A DNA stretch of 64,000 nucleotides from an uncultured bacterium (GTDB lineage: Bacteria > Hydrothermota > Tepidihabitantia > SM23-42 > CAYGYG01). Position 1 is the stretch's first letter. Each line of letters opens with the position of its first letter. The stretch is from contig CAYGYG010000013.1 in NCBI GenBank assembly GCA_964354155.1, positions 3,696 through 67,695 of the forward strand, given 5' to 3'. Below are positions 1-10,232 of this stretch, piece by piece. The translations under genes were made by a program, and so were the position numbers. Below the pieces are notes generated by a model that saw nothing but the letters and a program-made list of their open reading frames with translations, ran no database searches and was not told the origin of the DNA.

Positions 1-7
1 GAACCAG

Positions 8-1339
8 TTGTTTAAAAACCATCTGGAAAGGAACAACATCACGCTGGAATATAACTTCCATTCCGCTGCGACCTATGTCAATTACCTCTGGGATTTCAGC
101 CCGGCGGATCCTCCGGACAGTACCCTGATCATTCAATTGTCACGGATTTATGCCGACACCTCACAATTGACCGCGATCAATGGTTATGACTGGTATCAGA
201 TCTACAGTTCACTCCAGGATGCAGATTTTGGGATCTACGGAATGATAAGTACGACGATTGAGACACCCATGCCGACCAGCGGTTCATCCGAGATCGATTC
301 TATCTGCAACCGCAACATGCGGGCCTTAAGAAACGTTTCCATACGTGCTGGCTGGGGATTGCGCGGTGTGGTTCGGGATTCGGTGACTAACCGGCCCCTC
401 AATGCCCGGATTGAGTTTGTTAATCCTTTGCGCTGGTCATGTTACACCGATCCTGATTCCGGTGACTTTTATAAGATGCTCTACCGGGGTACATATACAG
501 TAAAAGTGTGCGCTAATGGTTACCGACCAAAGACGGTTTCGAATATTGTTGTTGGAGACACTGGATATGTTCCGGTCAATATTCCCCTGGTTTCAGATAC
601 GTCATACCGCTATCCCTTCAAAGTTGCGTGGACGGTCTATGCTGATTCGTTTGAAAGAATAATACCCAGGTCTTTTACAGCCCTGGGCGATTCCGACGGC
701 CTCTACCATTCGCTGGGCAAGGGCGGTGATATGGCTCTCGACCTGGGTTCCTCGCCGTTTATTAATGGTCCGGGCAGTGATTTTCGTGTAATCGAAGGCA
801 ATGACGGAACACCCGAGGGTTATCGGGTTTATGCGTCCAACACCTGGAATGGTCCATGGACATTGTGCGGCTCGGATACCGGCAGCGCAGATTTTACCCT
901 GCCGGGCAGCCTGACATCGGCGCGTTTCATAAGAGTCACCGATGATGGCGACGGCGTCGCCAATTCACCAGCCGCCGGTTTTGACCTTGATGCCGTCAAG
1001 CCGCTGCGTTTCTCGGTAATCAGCGAAGAGCTTCCCCGGGTTCGGGCCGGGACCGACCGGTTGGTGCTTCGCGCCGTGCCGAATCCGGCGCGGGGGAGAA
1101 CGAGGTTCTATCTCGAGTCCTATGCCGGGTCGACCGACCGCGTGGTCGTGAGAGTCTACAACTCAAGCGGACAGCTGGTGCGCAAAATCCGGAGCGCCGG
1201 GAACGCCGCCGAACCGGGAAGGCCGATTGTCTTTGACCGCCGGGACGAGCGGGGGCGGGCATTGCCGGCCGGGGTCTATCTGGTCGAGGCCGGCGCCGGC
1301 GCGGCGCGGACTTCGGTAAAGCTCGTCATTCTGAGATAA
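8..1339 (+). CDS. M14-type zinc carboxypeptidase-like exported protein (5'-truncated by window edge): end of catalytic domain, carboxypeptidase-regulatory beta domain, FlgD-Ig/T9SS-like C-terminal tail
   Basis: Frame is open to the window edge. FHS and Y...STTIE motifs parallel the M14 protein at 25580. GxVRDSVT..PL/GDFY..L..GTY regulatory domain. C-terminal PNP...VYNSSGQLV...LPAGVYLV. Confidence 0.7.
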   Translation: MFKNHLERNNITLEYNFHSAATYVNYLWDFSPADPPDSTLIIQLSRIYADTSQLTAINGYDWYQIYSSLQDADFGIYGMISTTIETPMPTSGSSEIDSICNRNMRALRNVSIRAGWGLRGVVRDSVTNRPLNARIEFVNPLRWSCYTDPDSGDFYKMLYRGTYTVKVCANGYRPKTVSNIVVGDTGYVPVNIPLVSDTSYRYPFKVAWTVYADSFERIIPRSFTALGDSDGLYHSLGKGGDMALDLGSSPFINGPGSDFRVIEGNDGTPEGYRVYASNTWNGPWTLCGSDTGSADFTLPGSLTSARFIRVTDDGDGVANSPAAGFDLDAVKPLRFSVISEELPRVRAGTDRLVLRAVPNPARGRTRFYLESYAGSTDRVVVRVYNSSGQLVRKIRSAGNAAEPGRPIVFDRRDERGRALPAGVYLVEAGAGAARTSVKLVILR

Positions 1340-1394
1340 CGCCGAACCGAGCTTGGGCGAAAATACCTCCGGACGGGAAAAACCAACGTCGGAT

Positions 1395-2786
1395 ATGGGG
1401 CGGCCGAACCTGAAGACCGCCACGCTTATCGTGACGACGGTAAGCGGTTTTCTCACTCCGTTCATGAGCGCCGCAGTCAACATCGCTTTGCCGGCGATCG
1501 GGCGTGAGTTTTCCTTCAGTGCCCTGCTCCTAAGTTGGACCGCGACTTCCTATGTTCTCGCGGCCGCGGTTTTCTTAGTGCCCTTTGGTCGGATCGCCGA
1601 CATCGTGGGCCGCAAGAAGATATTCCTGTACGGCACCGTAGTCTATACTGCGGCTTCGCTCTTCCTGGCGCTGACCCGGTCCGGTTGGGCGCTGATCGGC
1701 GGGCGCGTTATCCAGGGCATCGGCGGGGCGATGGTCTTTGCCACGGGCGTTGCGATTCTAACCTCGGTCTACCCCCCGGGCGAGCGGGGACGAGTCCTGG
1801 GGATCAACGTCGCCGCCGTGTACTCAGGTCTTGCCCTCGGGCCGGTGCTGGGCGGGTTTCTGACCGACCATCTGGGCTGGCGCAGTATCTTCTGGGTCAA
1901 TGTCCTGTTGGGCCTCGTCATCATCGGGCTGGTCTTATGGCAACTCAAGGCCGAGTGGCGTGAGTCCGGGGGCGGGGGGTTTGATCTGCTCGGCTCGGTC
2001 ATCTACGGGCTGTCGTTGGTGTTGGTCATGTACGGCTTGTCGCGGCTGCCGCGGGGTACAGGATTCGGCCTCTTGGCGTGCGGTTTGGCCGGCCTGGTCG
2101 GCTTCGTCTTCCGGGAACTGCAGATCCCGAGTCCGGTGCTCGACATGAACCTCTTCCGCCGCAATGCAGTGTTCGCCTTCTCAAACCTGGCAGCCCTGAT
2201 CAATTACAGCGCGACTTCCGCCACCGGTTTTCTACTCAGTCTCTACCTGCAGTACGTGAAGGTGCTGAGCGCCCAGGAGGCCGGTATGATTCTCATTGCC
2301 CAGCCTTTAGTTCAGGCGGTCTTCTCGCCGCTGGCCGGACGGCTTTCCGACCGGCTTGAACCGCGCCTGATCGCATCGTCGGGCATGGGTCTAAGCGTTA
2401 TTGGTCTGGCCGCCCTGACGCTCGTGGGCGACAAGACCCCGGTCGGTTTGATTGTGGTCGGTCTCGTCTTGCTGGGACTTGGTTTTGGGCTCTTCTCATC
2501 ACCCAACACGAATGCCATCATGGGCTCGGTGGAGAGGAGGCACTACGGCGTGGCTTCGGCGACGCTCGGGACGATGCGTCTCGTGGGTATGATGCTCTCG
2601 ATGGGCATCACGATGCTGCTCTTTTCGATCTACATCGGACCGGCCAAGATCGGACCGGAGAACCACCTGCGTTTCCTGACCGCCCTCAAGGTTGGGTTTT
2701 CCATCTTTGCCCTGCTCTCAATCGTTGGCATCTTCGCTTCGTTGGCGCGCGGCCGGATGCGCGCCAACGAAGCAGGGACCGATTGA
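1395..2786 (+). CDS. MFS transporter, DHA2 (EmrB/QacA) family
   Basis: About 14 hydrophobic segments, motif A GRIADIVGRKK, motif C GPVLGGFL. ATG at 1395 preferred to the TTG at 1353. Confidence 0.9.
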   Translation: MGRPNLKTATLIVTTVSGFLTPFMSAAVNIALPAIGREFSFSALLLSWTATSYVLAAAVFLVPFGRIADIVGRKKIFLYGTVVYTAASLFLALTRSGWALIGGRVIQGIGGAMVFATGVAILTSVYPPGERGRVLGINVAAVYSGLALGPVLGGFLTDHLGWRSIFWVNVLLGLVIIGLVLWQLKAEWRESGGGGFDLLGSVIYGLSLVLVMYGLSRLPRGTGFGLLACGLAGLVGFVFRELQIPSPVLDMNLFRRNAVFAFSNLAALINYSATSATGFLLSLYLQYVKVLSAQEAGMILIAQPLVQAVFSPLAGRLSDRLEPRLIASSGMGLSVIGLAALTLVGDKTPVGLIVVGLVLLGLGFGLFSSPNTNAIMGSVERRHYGVASATLGTMRLVGMMLSMGITMLLFSIYIGPAKIGPENHLRFLTALKVGFSIFALLSIVGIFASLARGRMRANEAGTD

Positions 2787-2810
2787 CAGGCGCCCGGTTT
2801 TGCGTATAAT
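2783..2810 (+). promoter_or_regulatory. sigma70-type promoter TTGACA-N16-TATAAT
   Basis: Perfect hexamers upstream of the trpB2 RBS (AAGGAGG). Confidence 0.75.
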
Positions 2811-2869
2811 AACGCGTGTCGTCGTTTCTTGTCCCGCCGAACACAATTTATGACTAATTCAAGGAGGAA

Positions 2870-4165
2870 TTGATGAAGTCGATGGTCAACCTCAAGTATG
2901 ACGAGATACCTTCGCGCTGGTACAACATCATTCCGGATCTGCCGGAGCCGCTGCCGCCGCCGCAGGATCCGAAAGACGGTCCCTCGCGGATCCAGAACCT
3001 GCCCAACATGATGATTGGGGAGTGCCTGAAGCAGGAGTTCTCAAACGAGCGGTGGATCGACATCCCGGGCGAAGTCATGGACCTGTATGCGCGGGCCGGC
3101 CGGCCCCGTCCGCTGTTCCGGGCCACCAATCTGGAAAAGAAACTCGGCACGCCGGCGCGGCTTTACTACAAGAGCGAATTCTTCAGTCCGACCGGCAGTC
3201 ACAAGGTCAATACCGCCCTGGCTCAGTGTTACTACGCAAAAGCACAGGGTTTCGAGCGTTTGACAACTGAGACCGGTGCGGGTCAGTGGGGTACCGCGCT
3301 TGCCTATGCCGCAGCCGTAACTGGTTTGAAAGTCACGGTATACTGGGTGAGGAGTGTCTACAACTGGAAAGCAGACCGGCTGTCGTTTATGAAGCTTCTC
3401 GGGGCCGAAGTCTACGCGTCACCGAGTCCGAAAACCAAGATTGGTAAGGCGCTTTACGATAAAGACCCGAATCATAACGGTTCGCTCGGCATCGCCATTT
3501 CGGAAGGCCTTGAGGATTCCAACAACGACCCCAAGGCAACCTATGCCCTCGGCTCGGTTCTCAATCACGTCTTGATGCACCAGACGATCATCGGCCAGGA
3601 AACGCAGAAGCAGTTTGAGATTTTCGACGACTATCCTGACCTGGTGATATCATGCTTAGGCGGCGGCTCGAACTTCGGCGGTTTCGCCATACCGTTCCTC
3701 GGTGAAGTTCTGACCAAAGGGAAGAAGACCAAATTCATCGCGGCCCAGAGCCAGGTGGCGCCCAATCTCCAGGGCAAGTATGAGTATGATTTCGCCGACT
3801 ACGGGGAGATGACCCCGATGCTCAAGATGTACACCCTGGGCCATAAAACCGACATGGCGCCGATCAAGGGTGACGGCCTGCGCTACCACGGATGCTCGCC
3901 GATTCTGAGTCTGCTGCGCAACAAGGGTTACATCGACCACATCGCCTATCCGGGCGACGAAAAACATGTCTTCGAGAACGCCCAGCTCTTCATGGAGACC
4001 GAGGGCTGGTTGCCGGCGCCTGAGTCAGCCTACTCGATCTGCGCCGCGATCGACGAAGCGCTCAAGTGCCGCAAGTCCGGGGAGAAGAAGGTCATCGCCT
4101 TCAACGTCAGCGGCCACGGCTTTCTCGACATCCCCGGTTTCCGTTCGGTCCTGGGGCTGAAGTAG
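2870..4165 (+). CDS. trpB2: TrpB-like PLP-dependent enzyme (TrpB2, stand-alone tryptophan synthase beta type 2)
   Basis: WYNI.PDLP N-terminus, PTGSHKVNTA PLP lysine, TETGAGQWG, GGGSNF, SGHG. No trpA nearby. Confidence 0.9.
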   Translation: MMKSMVNLKYDEIPSRWYNIIPDLPEPLPPPQDPKDGPSRIQNLPNMMIGECLKQEFSNERWIDIPGEVMDLYARAGRPRPLFRATNLEKKLGTPARLYYKSEFFSPTGSHKVNTALAQCYYAKAQGFERLTTETGAGQWGTALAYAAAVTGLKVTVYWVRSVYNWKADRLSFMKLLGAEVYASPSPKTKIGKALYDKDPNHNGSLGIAISEGLEDSNNDPKATYALGSVLNHVLMHQTIIGQETQKQFEIFDDYPDLVISCLGGGSNFGGFAIPFLGEVLTKGKKTKFIAAQSQVAPNLQGKYEYDFADYGEMTPMLKMYTLGHKTDMAPIKGDGLRYHGCSPILSLLRNKGYIDHIAYPGDEKHVFENAQLFMETEGWLPAPESAYSICAAIDEALKCRKSGEKKVIAFNVSGHGFLDIPGFRSVLGLK

Positions 4166-4383
4166 GTCGCACGCGGTAAGGAAAGCGGATCAGGACATCG
4201 GATGATCAGTAGGCAGGATATCAGCAGTGAGATTATCAGTTTGAATCCGCTGCAATCCGTCTGAATCAAGATATGTCTTATCACTGTAATCTGCCGTTTT
4301 ATCGTCGTAATCAACGGTGCTCTGCACCGAACGATCTAACGAATGAAACGCTCTAACGATCTTAACGTTTGTCATCACTGTAC
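4166..4383. repeat. Mosaic intergenic spacer (inverted CTGAT-family repeat, ATCCG tract, two ATCACTGTAATC units, GGTGC..GCACC hairpin, TAACG tract)
   Basis: The same bricks recur in many spacers between 12.9 and 45.5 kb. Confidence 0.7.
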
Positions 4384-5073
4384 ATGAATCTTGCAGCTCT
4401 AGGTAAGGTCACATACGGCATGTATGTCCTGAGCGCCCGGCAAGGGGAGAAGCTTAACGGCCAGATCGTGAATACGGTGGTTCAGGTCACGGCCCAGCCA
4501 TGCCAGGTCGCGGTCGCGGTCAACAAGAAAAACCTCACGCACGACTACATTCAATCGAGCCAGGCGTTTTCGATTTCGATCCTCGGGCAGTCGGCGCCGC
4601 TTGAGTTCATCGGCCGGTTTGGATTCAGAACCGGTCGCGACCTGGACAAGTTCAAGCTGACCGGGCACCGGATAAGTACCGGCGGTATGCCGATCGTAAC
4701 CGACTGGATGGTCGGGTACCTCGAATGCCGGTTGGTAAACTCGATCGATACTGGAACCCATACCGTTTTCATCGGTCTCGTCACGGCGGCCGAAATCACC
4801 GGTGACGAACCGCCGATGACCTACGCCTTTTATCATGATGTCAAGCACGGCAAGACCCAGCAGAACGCGCCGACTTTTGTCAAAGAAGCGGCGCCAGGGG
4901 AGGTTAGTCCAATGAACACTTACCGATGCACCATCTGCAACTATATCTACGATCCTGCGGTCGGCGACCCGGATGCCAACGTGAAACCGGGAACGCCGTT
5001 CGCGGCCCTACCCGACACCTGGGTCTGTCCCGTTTGCGGCGCGGGCAAAGATCAGTTTGTCAAGGTGGAGTAG
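4384..5073 (+). CDS. Flavin reductase-like domain fused to C-terminal rubredoxin (high-molecular-weight rubredoxin)
   Basis: [19 protein letters not shown] and GTHTVFIG flavin-reductase motifs. [10 protein letters not shown]...W.CPVCG rubredoxin motifs. Confidence 0.9.
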   Translation: MNLAALGKVTYGMYVLSARQGEKLNGQIVNTVVQVTAQPCQVAVAVNKKNLTHDYIQSSQAFSISILGQSAPLEFIGRFGFRTGRDLDKFKLTGHRISTGGMPIVTDWMVGYLECRLVNSIDTGTHTVFIGLVTAAEITGDEPPMTYAFYHDVKHGKTQQNAPTFVKEAAPGEVSPMNTYRCTICNYIYDPAVGDPDANVKPGTPFAALPDTWVCPVCGAGKDQFVKVE

Positions 5074-5076
5074 CCC

Positions 5077-6252
5077 GTGCATTGCCGCGAGATCAGGGAC
5101 GGCGTCTTTGCGGTTGGGGCGATTGACTGGGATCGGCGGCTTTTCGATGAATTGATACCCCTGCCGGACGGGACTTCCTACAACGCCTACCTCATCAAGG
5201 GCCGCGACCGGGTCGCGCTCCTGGATACCGTTGACCCGGCCAAGGAACCGGAGCTGCTTTGCAATTTGAAAGAGCTCGGCATAAGCCACCTCGACTATAT
5301 CGTCGCCCATCATGGTGAGCAGGACCATTCGGGCGCAATCCCGGCGGTCCTCAAGCATTACCCGATGGCCCGGGTCGTGACCAATCCGAAATGCAAGAAC
5401 ATTCTCATCGAGCACCTCAAGATCAGGGAAGATCTTTTCGTCCAGGTCGACGACCGCGCCGTACTCGACCTCGGCGGCCGGATCTTGGAATTCATCATTG
5501 CGCCCTGGGTCCACTGGCCGGAAACGATGCTCTCCTACTTGAGGGAGGAGAAAATCCTGTTCACCTGCGACCTTTTCGGTTCGCATCTTGCAACCAGCGA
5601 ACTGTACTCGATCGAAGAGGCGCGGGTGTACGAATCGGCCAAGCGCTACTACGCCGAAATAATGATGCCGTTTCGGACCAGCATTCAGGGGCACCTCAAG
5701 CGGCTGCAGGGTTATGCGCTTGACATCATTGCGCCGAGCCACGGTCCGGTCCACAACCGTCCCGCGTTCATCACCGGTGCCTACCAGGACTGGACTTCTG
5801 ATCAGGTGAAGAATGAGGTGGTCCTGCCCTACGTTTCGATGCACGGCAGCGTCAACCGGATGGCCGCCATTTTGACCGATGAGTTGATGCGGCGCAATAT
5901 CCGGGTCATGCCTTTCAATCTGACCCGAACCGACCTTGGCGAGCTGGCGATAGCACTGGTCGACGCCGCGACCATCGTGATTGGGGCGCCCACCGTGCTG
6001 GGCGGGCCGCATCCGGCCGCCGTGTACGCCGCGTATCTTGCCAATGCGCTCCGGCCCAAGACCCGGTTTGCGTCGATCATCGGCTCCTACGGCTGGGGCT
6101 CACGGATGGTCGAAGTCTTGAAGGGGCTGCTGGGCAATCTCAAGGTGGAGATGATCGACCCGGTGGTCATCAAGGGCTTGCCCGGTGACGATGATCGGCG
6201 GGCGCTGGCGGCTCTTGCCGACCAGATCGAGCGGCGTCACAAAACTTTATGA
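5077..6252 (+). CDS. fprA: FprA family A-type flavoprotein (flavodiiron protein)
   Basis: GTSYNAYLI, HGEQDHSG di-iron motif, HWPET, YYAEIM.PF, C-terminal flavodoxin (SMHGS, GSYGWG). Confidence 0.92.
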   Translation: MHCREIRDGVFAVGAIDWDRRLFDELIPLPDGTSYNAYLIKGRDRVALLDTVDPAKEPELLCNLKELGISHLDYIVAHHGEQDHSGAIPAVLKHYPMARVVTNPKCKNILIEHLKIREDLFVQVDDRAVLDLGGRILEFIIAPWVHWPETMLSYLREEKILFTCDLFGSHLATSELYSIEEARVYESAKRYYAEIMMPFRTSIQGHLKRLQGYALDIIAPSHGPVHNRPAFITGAYQDWTSDQVKNEVVLPYVSMHGSVNRMAAILTDELMRRNIRVMPFNLTRTDLGELAIALVDAATIVIGAPTVLGGPHPAAVYAAYLANALRPKTRFASIIGSYGWGSRMVEVLKGLLGNLKVEMIDPVVIKGLPGDDDRRALAALADQIERRHKTL

Positions 6253-6316
6253 TGGTTGGTCACCGCTCGACCGGCCGCCGCGGGCGGTGTCGGACGAACT
6301 GAAAGGAGGACGGTTG

Positions 6317-6799
6317 ATGGCCAGGATATTCGACGTCAAGGAGATATTTCGCTTCGCGGTTCAGATTGAGAAGAACGGTGAATCATTCTACCGGTCGGCG
6401 GCCCGGAAAATCAAGGATAAGAAGATCCGGGACATCTTTCTCGGTCTTGCCGACGACGAAGTCAAACACCGGGAGTTCTTTCAGGGAACAATCGCCGGTC
6501 TCGGTGACTACGAGCCGCACGAGACCTATCCGGGCGAGTACTACAACTACCTCAAGGCGTACGTGGCCAACGTAGTCTTCAAACCGGCCGAGCTGGCGCT
6601 CGCCGTCAAGAAGCTAAAGGGCGTTGCCGAGGCGCTGGATTTTGCGATCCAGCGGGAGCTGGAATCGATTCTCTACTATGTCGAGAGCAAGAACTTCGTC
6701 CCGCCCGACCAGCACCAGGGCGTGGACCGGGTGATCGCAGAAGAACGTCGGCACTACTGGCGCCTTTCCGAACTCAAGAAGGGCAAGAAGAGCAGGTAG
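6317..6799 (+). CDS. Rubrerythrin-like ferritin-family protein
   Basis: A.QIE.NG..FY, DEVKH, AIQRE..SI.YY, EERRH. RBS AGGAGG before ATG 6317. Confidence 0.85.
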   Translation: MARIFDVKEIFRFAVQIEKNGESFYRSAARKIKDKKIRDIFLGLADDEVKHREFFQGTIAGLGDYEPHETYPGEYYNYLKAYVANVVFKPAELALAVKKLKGVAEALDFAIQRELESILYYVESKNFVPPDQHQGVDRVIAEERRHYWRLSELKKGKKSR

Positions 6800-7732
6800 G
6801 TGGGCGTGAAGGTCTTTATCTCCTGTGACATGGAGGGTGTGTGCGGGACCTTTTCGTGGAAGGACTTTGACGCCAACAAGGAGCGCTACCGCACCTTGAT
6901 GACCGAGGAACTGCGGGCCGCGGTCCGCGGCCTCTCGGGCAGTCGCGTGCCTGTCAAGGCAATCGTCGCCAATGATGCCCATGGATTCGGTGACAACATC
7001 CACGCCGATTTGCTTCCGGCCAAGGTCCACCTGGTCCGGGGCAGCCCGCGCGGTCTGGGCATGATGGAGGGGATTGACCGCGACACCGATGTCGCATTCT
7101 TTCTCGGCTATCACGGAGCCGCCGGGACCGCCGCTTCACTGATGGACCACACCTACGCGTCTTCTTCGATCTACCGCATTGTGGTCAACGGGATTGAAAT
7201 GAGCGAGTCGACGATAAACGGAGGTATTGCCGCGGATTTTGGAGTCCCGGTCGGGCTTATCTCTGGTGACCAGGCAACCATAACGCAGGCAAAGAGGTTT
7301 TTCGGCCCCAAGACCGAGTACGTCGTGACCAAGCAAGGCATTTCGAGATTCTCCGCCCAAATGAGACCGGTCGAACAGGTCCGCGAGGAGCTGACGCGGA
7401 AGGCCTTGCAGGCGGCATCCCGGGTCGGGGCGCTCAAACCTCTGCGGACCAAACGACCGATCAGTGTCGTGGTTGATCTGGTTGATACGCTGAGAACGGA
7501 CTTAGTCAGCTGCGCCGCCCAGTTTGAGCGAACCGGCGGGCGGCAGGTTTCTTTTCGGGCGCGCAACTATGTCGCATTGTACCGCAAACTCAGACTTCTG
7601 CTCATGCTCGCCGCCCGGGCCAAGGACTTACACCTAGGGCTGAATGAAGTTGGGCGATTCGTGAATCGCCCCTACAGGTTCGTAGGGACAACTCACGAGT
7701 TGTCCTGCCTCCTAATATATGGAAGGAGTTAA
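6800..7732 (+). CDS. dppA: D-aminopeptidase DppA (M55 family); C-terminus extended through REP-like palindromes
   Basis: KVFISCDMEGV, NDAHG, GYHG, HTY, SE..IN. Confidence 0.85.
   Translation: MGVKVFISCDMEGVCGTFSWKDFDANKERYRTLMTEELRAAVRGLSGSRVPVKAIVANDAHGFGDNIHADLLPAKVHLVRGSPRGLGMMEGIDRDTDVAFFLGYHGAAGTAASLMDHTYASSSIYRIVVNGIEMSESTINGGIAADFGVPVGLISGDQATITQAKRFFGPKTEYVVTKQGISRFSAQMRPVEQVREELTRKALQAASRVGALKPLRTKRPISVVVDLVDTLRTDLVSCAAQFERTGGRQVSFRARNYVALYRKLRLLLMLAARAKDLHLGLNEVGRFVNRPYRFVGTTHELSCLLIYGRS
7652..7705. repeat. Back-to-back pair of GTAG-family REP-like palindromes
   Basis: GGGCGATTC-GT-GAATCGCCC-CTAC (7652-7675) and GTAG-GGACAACTC-AC-GAGTTGTCC (7682-7705). Confidence 0.75.
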
Positions 7733-7733
7733 C

Positions 7734-8522
7734 ATGAAGGTGCTTTTGAAAATCGTACCGGTTATCTTGATTCTGTCCTGTGCGACCACCGGGCCGGGCG
7801 GGAAGAAGAGCTTCATCTTGATCCCAACTTCGGTCGAGAAAAACTTGGGCAAGGAAATCGCCCGGGAAGTTGAGACCGAAGAGAAGATGCTGGCGAACTC
7901 CGAAGTGCAAAGCTATGTCAATCAGCTGGGACAGCGGATTGCGCGGGTTTCAGACCGCAAGTCCCTGCGCTACAGTTTCAAGGTCATCGAAAAGGACGAG
8001 ATCAACGCCTTTGCCTGTCCCGGCGGATATATCTACGTCTATTCGGGACTCATGAAGGCCTTTGACAACGAGGCCCAGCTCGCCGCGGTGCTGGCCCATG
8101 AAGTGGGGCATGTCGTGGCGCGCCATTCGGTGAAGCAGTTGCAGGCGGTGTACGGCTACGGCCTGCTCATGGAAATTGCGCTGGGCGACAAGATGGGTGC
8201 CCTGGCGCGCAAGGCGGTCGACGCATCGGTCGGTTTGATCCTGCAGGGCTACGGCCGCGGCAATGAACTCGAAGCCGACAACATGGGCGTTCTCTACACC
8301 AAGAAGGTGAGCCTCAATCCGGGGGGCATGGTTCAAGTCTTTGAGAAGTTCAAGAGAATGGAAGGTAAACCGCCCTCGACTCTGGAGAAACTAATGTCCA
8401 CCCATCCACCGGCGTCGGACCGCATTGCCAACGCCAAGAAGCAGATGAGTAAGGTGGGGGGGGCGGACTTAAGCTACAACGAGGATTCTTACAAGCGCAT
8501 CCTGAGTCGGCTCGCACCGTAG
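7734..8522 (+). CDS. M48 family metalloprotease, probable lipoprotein
   Basis: LILSC lipobox, INAFACPGG, AHEVGHVVARH (HExxH), E.EAD, STHP...RI. Confidence 0.9.
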   Translation: MKVLLKIVPVILILSCATTGPGGKKSFILIPTSVEKNLGKEIAREVETEEKMLANSEVQSYVNQLGQRIARVSDRKSLRYSFKVIEKDEINAFACPGGYIYVYSGLMKAFDNEAQLAAVLAHEVGHVVARHSVKQLQAVYGYGLLMEIALGDKMGALARKAVDASVGLILQGYGRGNELEADNMGVLYTKKVSLNPGGMVQVFEKFKRMEGKPPSTLEKLMSTHPPASDRIANAKKQMSKVGGADLSYNEDSYKRILSRLAP

Positions 8523-8528
8523 CCCAAA

Positions 8529-9386
8529 TTGCGCCCCGGGAACCGCCGTCCAATATTTGGTCTGATCGGCGCGGGCCGCGTCGGTACGGCCTTCGCCTAC
8601 TGGCTCGAGCGTGCTGGTTACACTGTTGCCGGCGCCTGGGACTCAAGCCCGGCCGCCCTGGCGCGGGCGGAAAAAATCATGGGCCGAAGGGTCCGGGTGT
8701 CGCTTGACCGGCTGGTCGAAGCGTCGAACATCCTCCTGGTGGGTACGCCGGATGCCACGATCCCGCGCATCGCGCGCCGCATTGGGGGTGCGCTTCGACG
8801 GGACACGACCCTGTTTCACTTTTCAGGCGTGCTCGGGCCGCGGCTTGTCAAACGCACCGGCGTCAGCCAGGGGGTCATCCATCCGCTGGCCGCATTTCCG
8901 GACTACGGGGCATATCGCAAGATGAAGGACTGCTATTTCTCGGTGAGCGGTGACCCCAGGGCGGTGCGCACCGCGCAGCATTTCTTGCGCCGGATGGGAA
9001 TGAAGTACTTCGTACTCGGTGCCCGCGACCGGCGCTACTACCATTTGGCCGCGGTCTTCGCGTCCAACTTCTTAGTCGCCTTGCTGGCGGTGGCGGCGCG
9101 GCTGGGCCTTCGTTCCGGCATCAAAGAGCAGGACTTCATCAGGTACTTTCAGCCGCTGATTACCGGCCAGCTGGCTGATGTGATGCGGCAGGGACTCAAG
9201 AAATCGCTCTCCGGTCCGGTTGAGCGCGGCGAACTGAAGACCATCGTTGCGCACCGGCGCGCCCTGCGCGTGGCGGGCCGAGACTATCTCAAGATCTACG
9301 ATTTGCTTTCCCGGGAGCTGCTCAGGCTCTGCCCTGGCCCGGGTCGGCGGCGCGCGGTGCTGGAGAAGCTGTTCGATGAAGACTGA
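8529..9386 (+). CDS. Rossmann-like plus DUF2520 domain protein
   Basis: IGAGRVG, H.SG, HPL, YHLAAVFASNF, L.GP..RG...T...H. Confidence 0.85.
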   Translation: MRPGNRRPIFGLIGAGRVGTAFAYWLERAGYTVAGAWDSSPAALARAEKIMGRRVRVSLDRLVEASNILLVGTPDATIPRIARRIGGALRRDTTLFHFSGVLGPRLVKRTGVSQGVIHPLAAFPDYGAYRKMKDCYFSVSGDPRAVRTAQHFLRRMGMKYFVLGARDRRYYHLAAVFASNFLVALLAVAARLGLRSGIKEQDFIRYFQPLITGQLADVMRQGLKKSLSGPVERGELKTIVAHRRALRVAGRDYLKIYDLLSRELLRLCPGPGRRRAVLEKLFDED

Positions 9387-10221
9387 CCGTCGTTGCCTTA
9401 AGTGCATTCGCACTGATGCGCTTGACGCGGGTACGTTGTTGCTGGCCCCCGGCAAGTACCGGATTTTCGAAAAGCGCGTCGACCGTATTCTAAGAAATGC
9501 CGACCGGGATAAGATTCCTTCCTGCTACATCACCAAGGTGCATCGGTGTCTCAAGAGGATGAGCCGGAAAATGGCGCCCCTGATGGCGCAGCGCCGCCGC
9601 ACGAACCAGATGGTCCGGAAGATGCTGGTCCGATTCGGCAAGGGCAGTCTTGAAGAGAAGTTGCGCTGGGCGGTCTGGGCGAACTCGCTCGACTTCCGCA
9701 GTGCCGGGGTCGGCTATCGTTATGACGATTTCCGGGGACTGGCCCGAAGGCTCGGTCGCCGCCTGGCCATCGACGAGTGCGCCGGTGTGATCGATGCGAT
9801 CCGGTCGGCGAAAAGGATCCTCTATGTGCTTGACAACGTGGGGGAAATCGGTTTTGACCGCCTGCTTATTGCGGCGATCCGGGCGAACCGGACCATCACC
9901 TGCGCGGTGCGCGGCGGGGTCATGACCAGTGATGTTACGCGTGAAGATGCTCGCTACTTCGGGCTCGATCGAATCGCTCGGGTCATCATCAGCGGACCCG
10001 ACACACTCGGCCTGCTGCCGGGCGAGCTCTCCCCGAGCATCAAGACGGCCCTGAAGAACTCAGACTTAGTCATTGCCAAGGGCCAGGCGAATTACTACTT
10101 CTTTTCCACGTACCGTACGCTGACCAAGGCCCCGGTTGTTCACCTCTTTACCACCAAGTGCGACCCCGTGGCGCGGCAGTTCGGCCGAAAAGGCAAGATC
10201 GGCATCGCCATCATTAGATAA
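9376..10221 (+). CDS. ARMT1-like/DUF89 damage-control phosphatase
   Basis: C..C N-terminus, ANSLDF, LDNVGEIGFD, D.VIAKGQANY. Confidence 0.85.
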   Translation: MKTDRRCLKCIRTDALDAGTLLLAPGKYRIFEKRVDRILRNADRDKIPSCYITKVHRCLKRMSRKMAPLMAQRRRTNQMVRKMLVRFGKGSLEEKLRWAVWANSLDFRSAGVGYRYDDFRGLARRLGRRLAIDECAGVIDAIRSAKRILYVLDNVGEIGFDRLLIAAIRANRTITCAVRGGVMTSDVTREDARYFGLDRIARVIISGPDTLGLLPGELSPSIKTALKNSDLVIAKGQANYYFFSTYRTLTKAPVVHLFTTKCDPVARQFGRKGKIGIAIIR

Positions 10222-10232
10222 TGGACTCCTTC

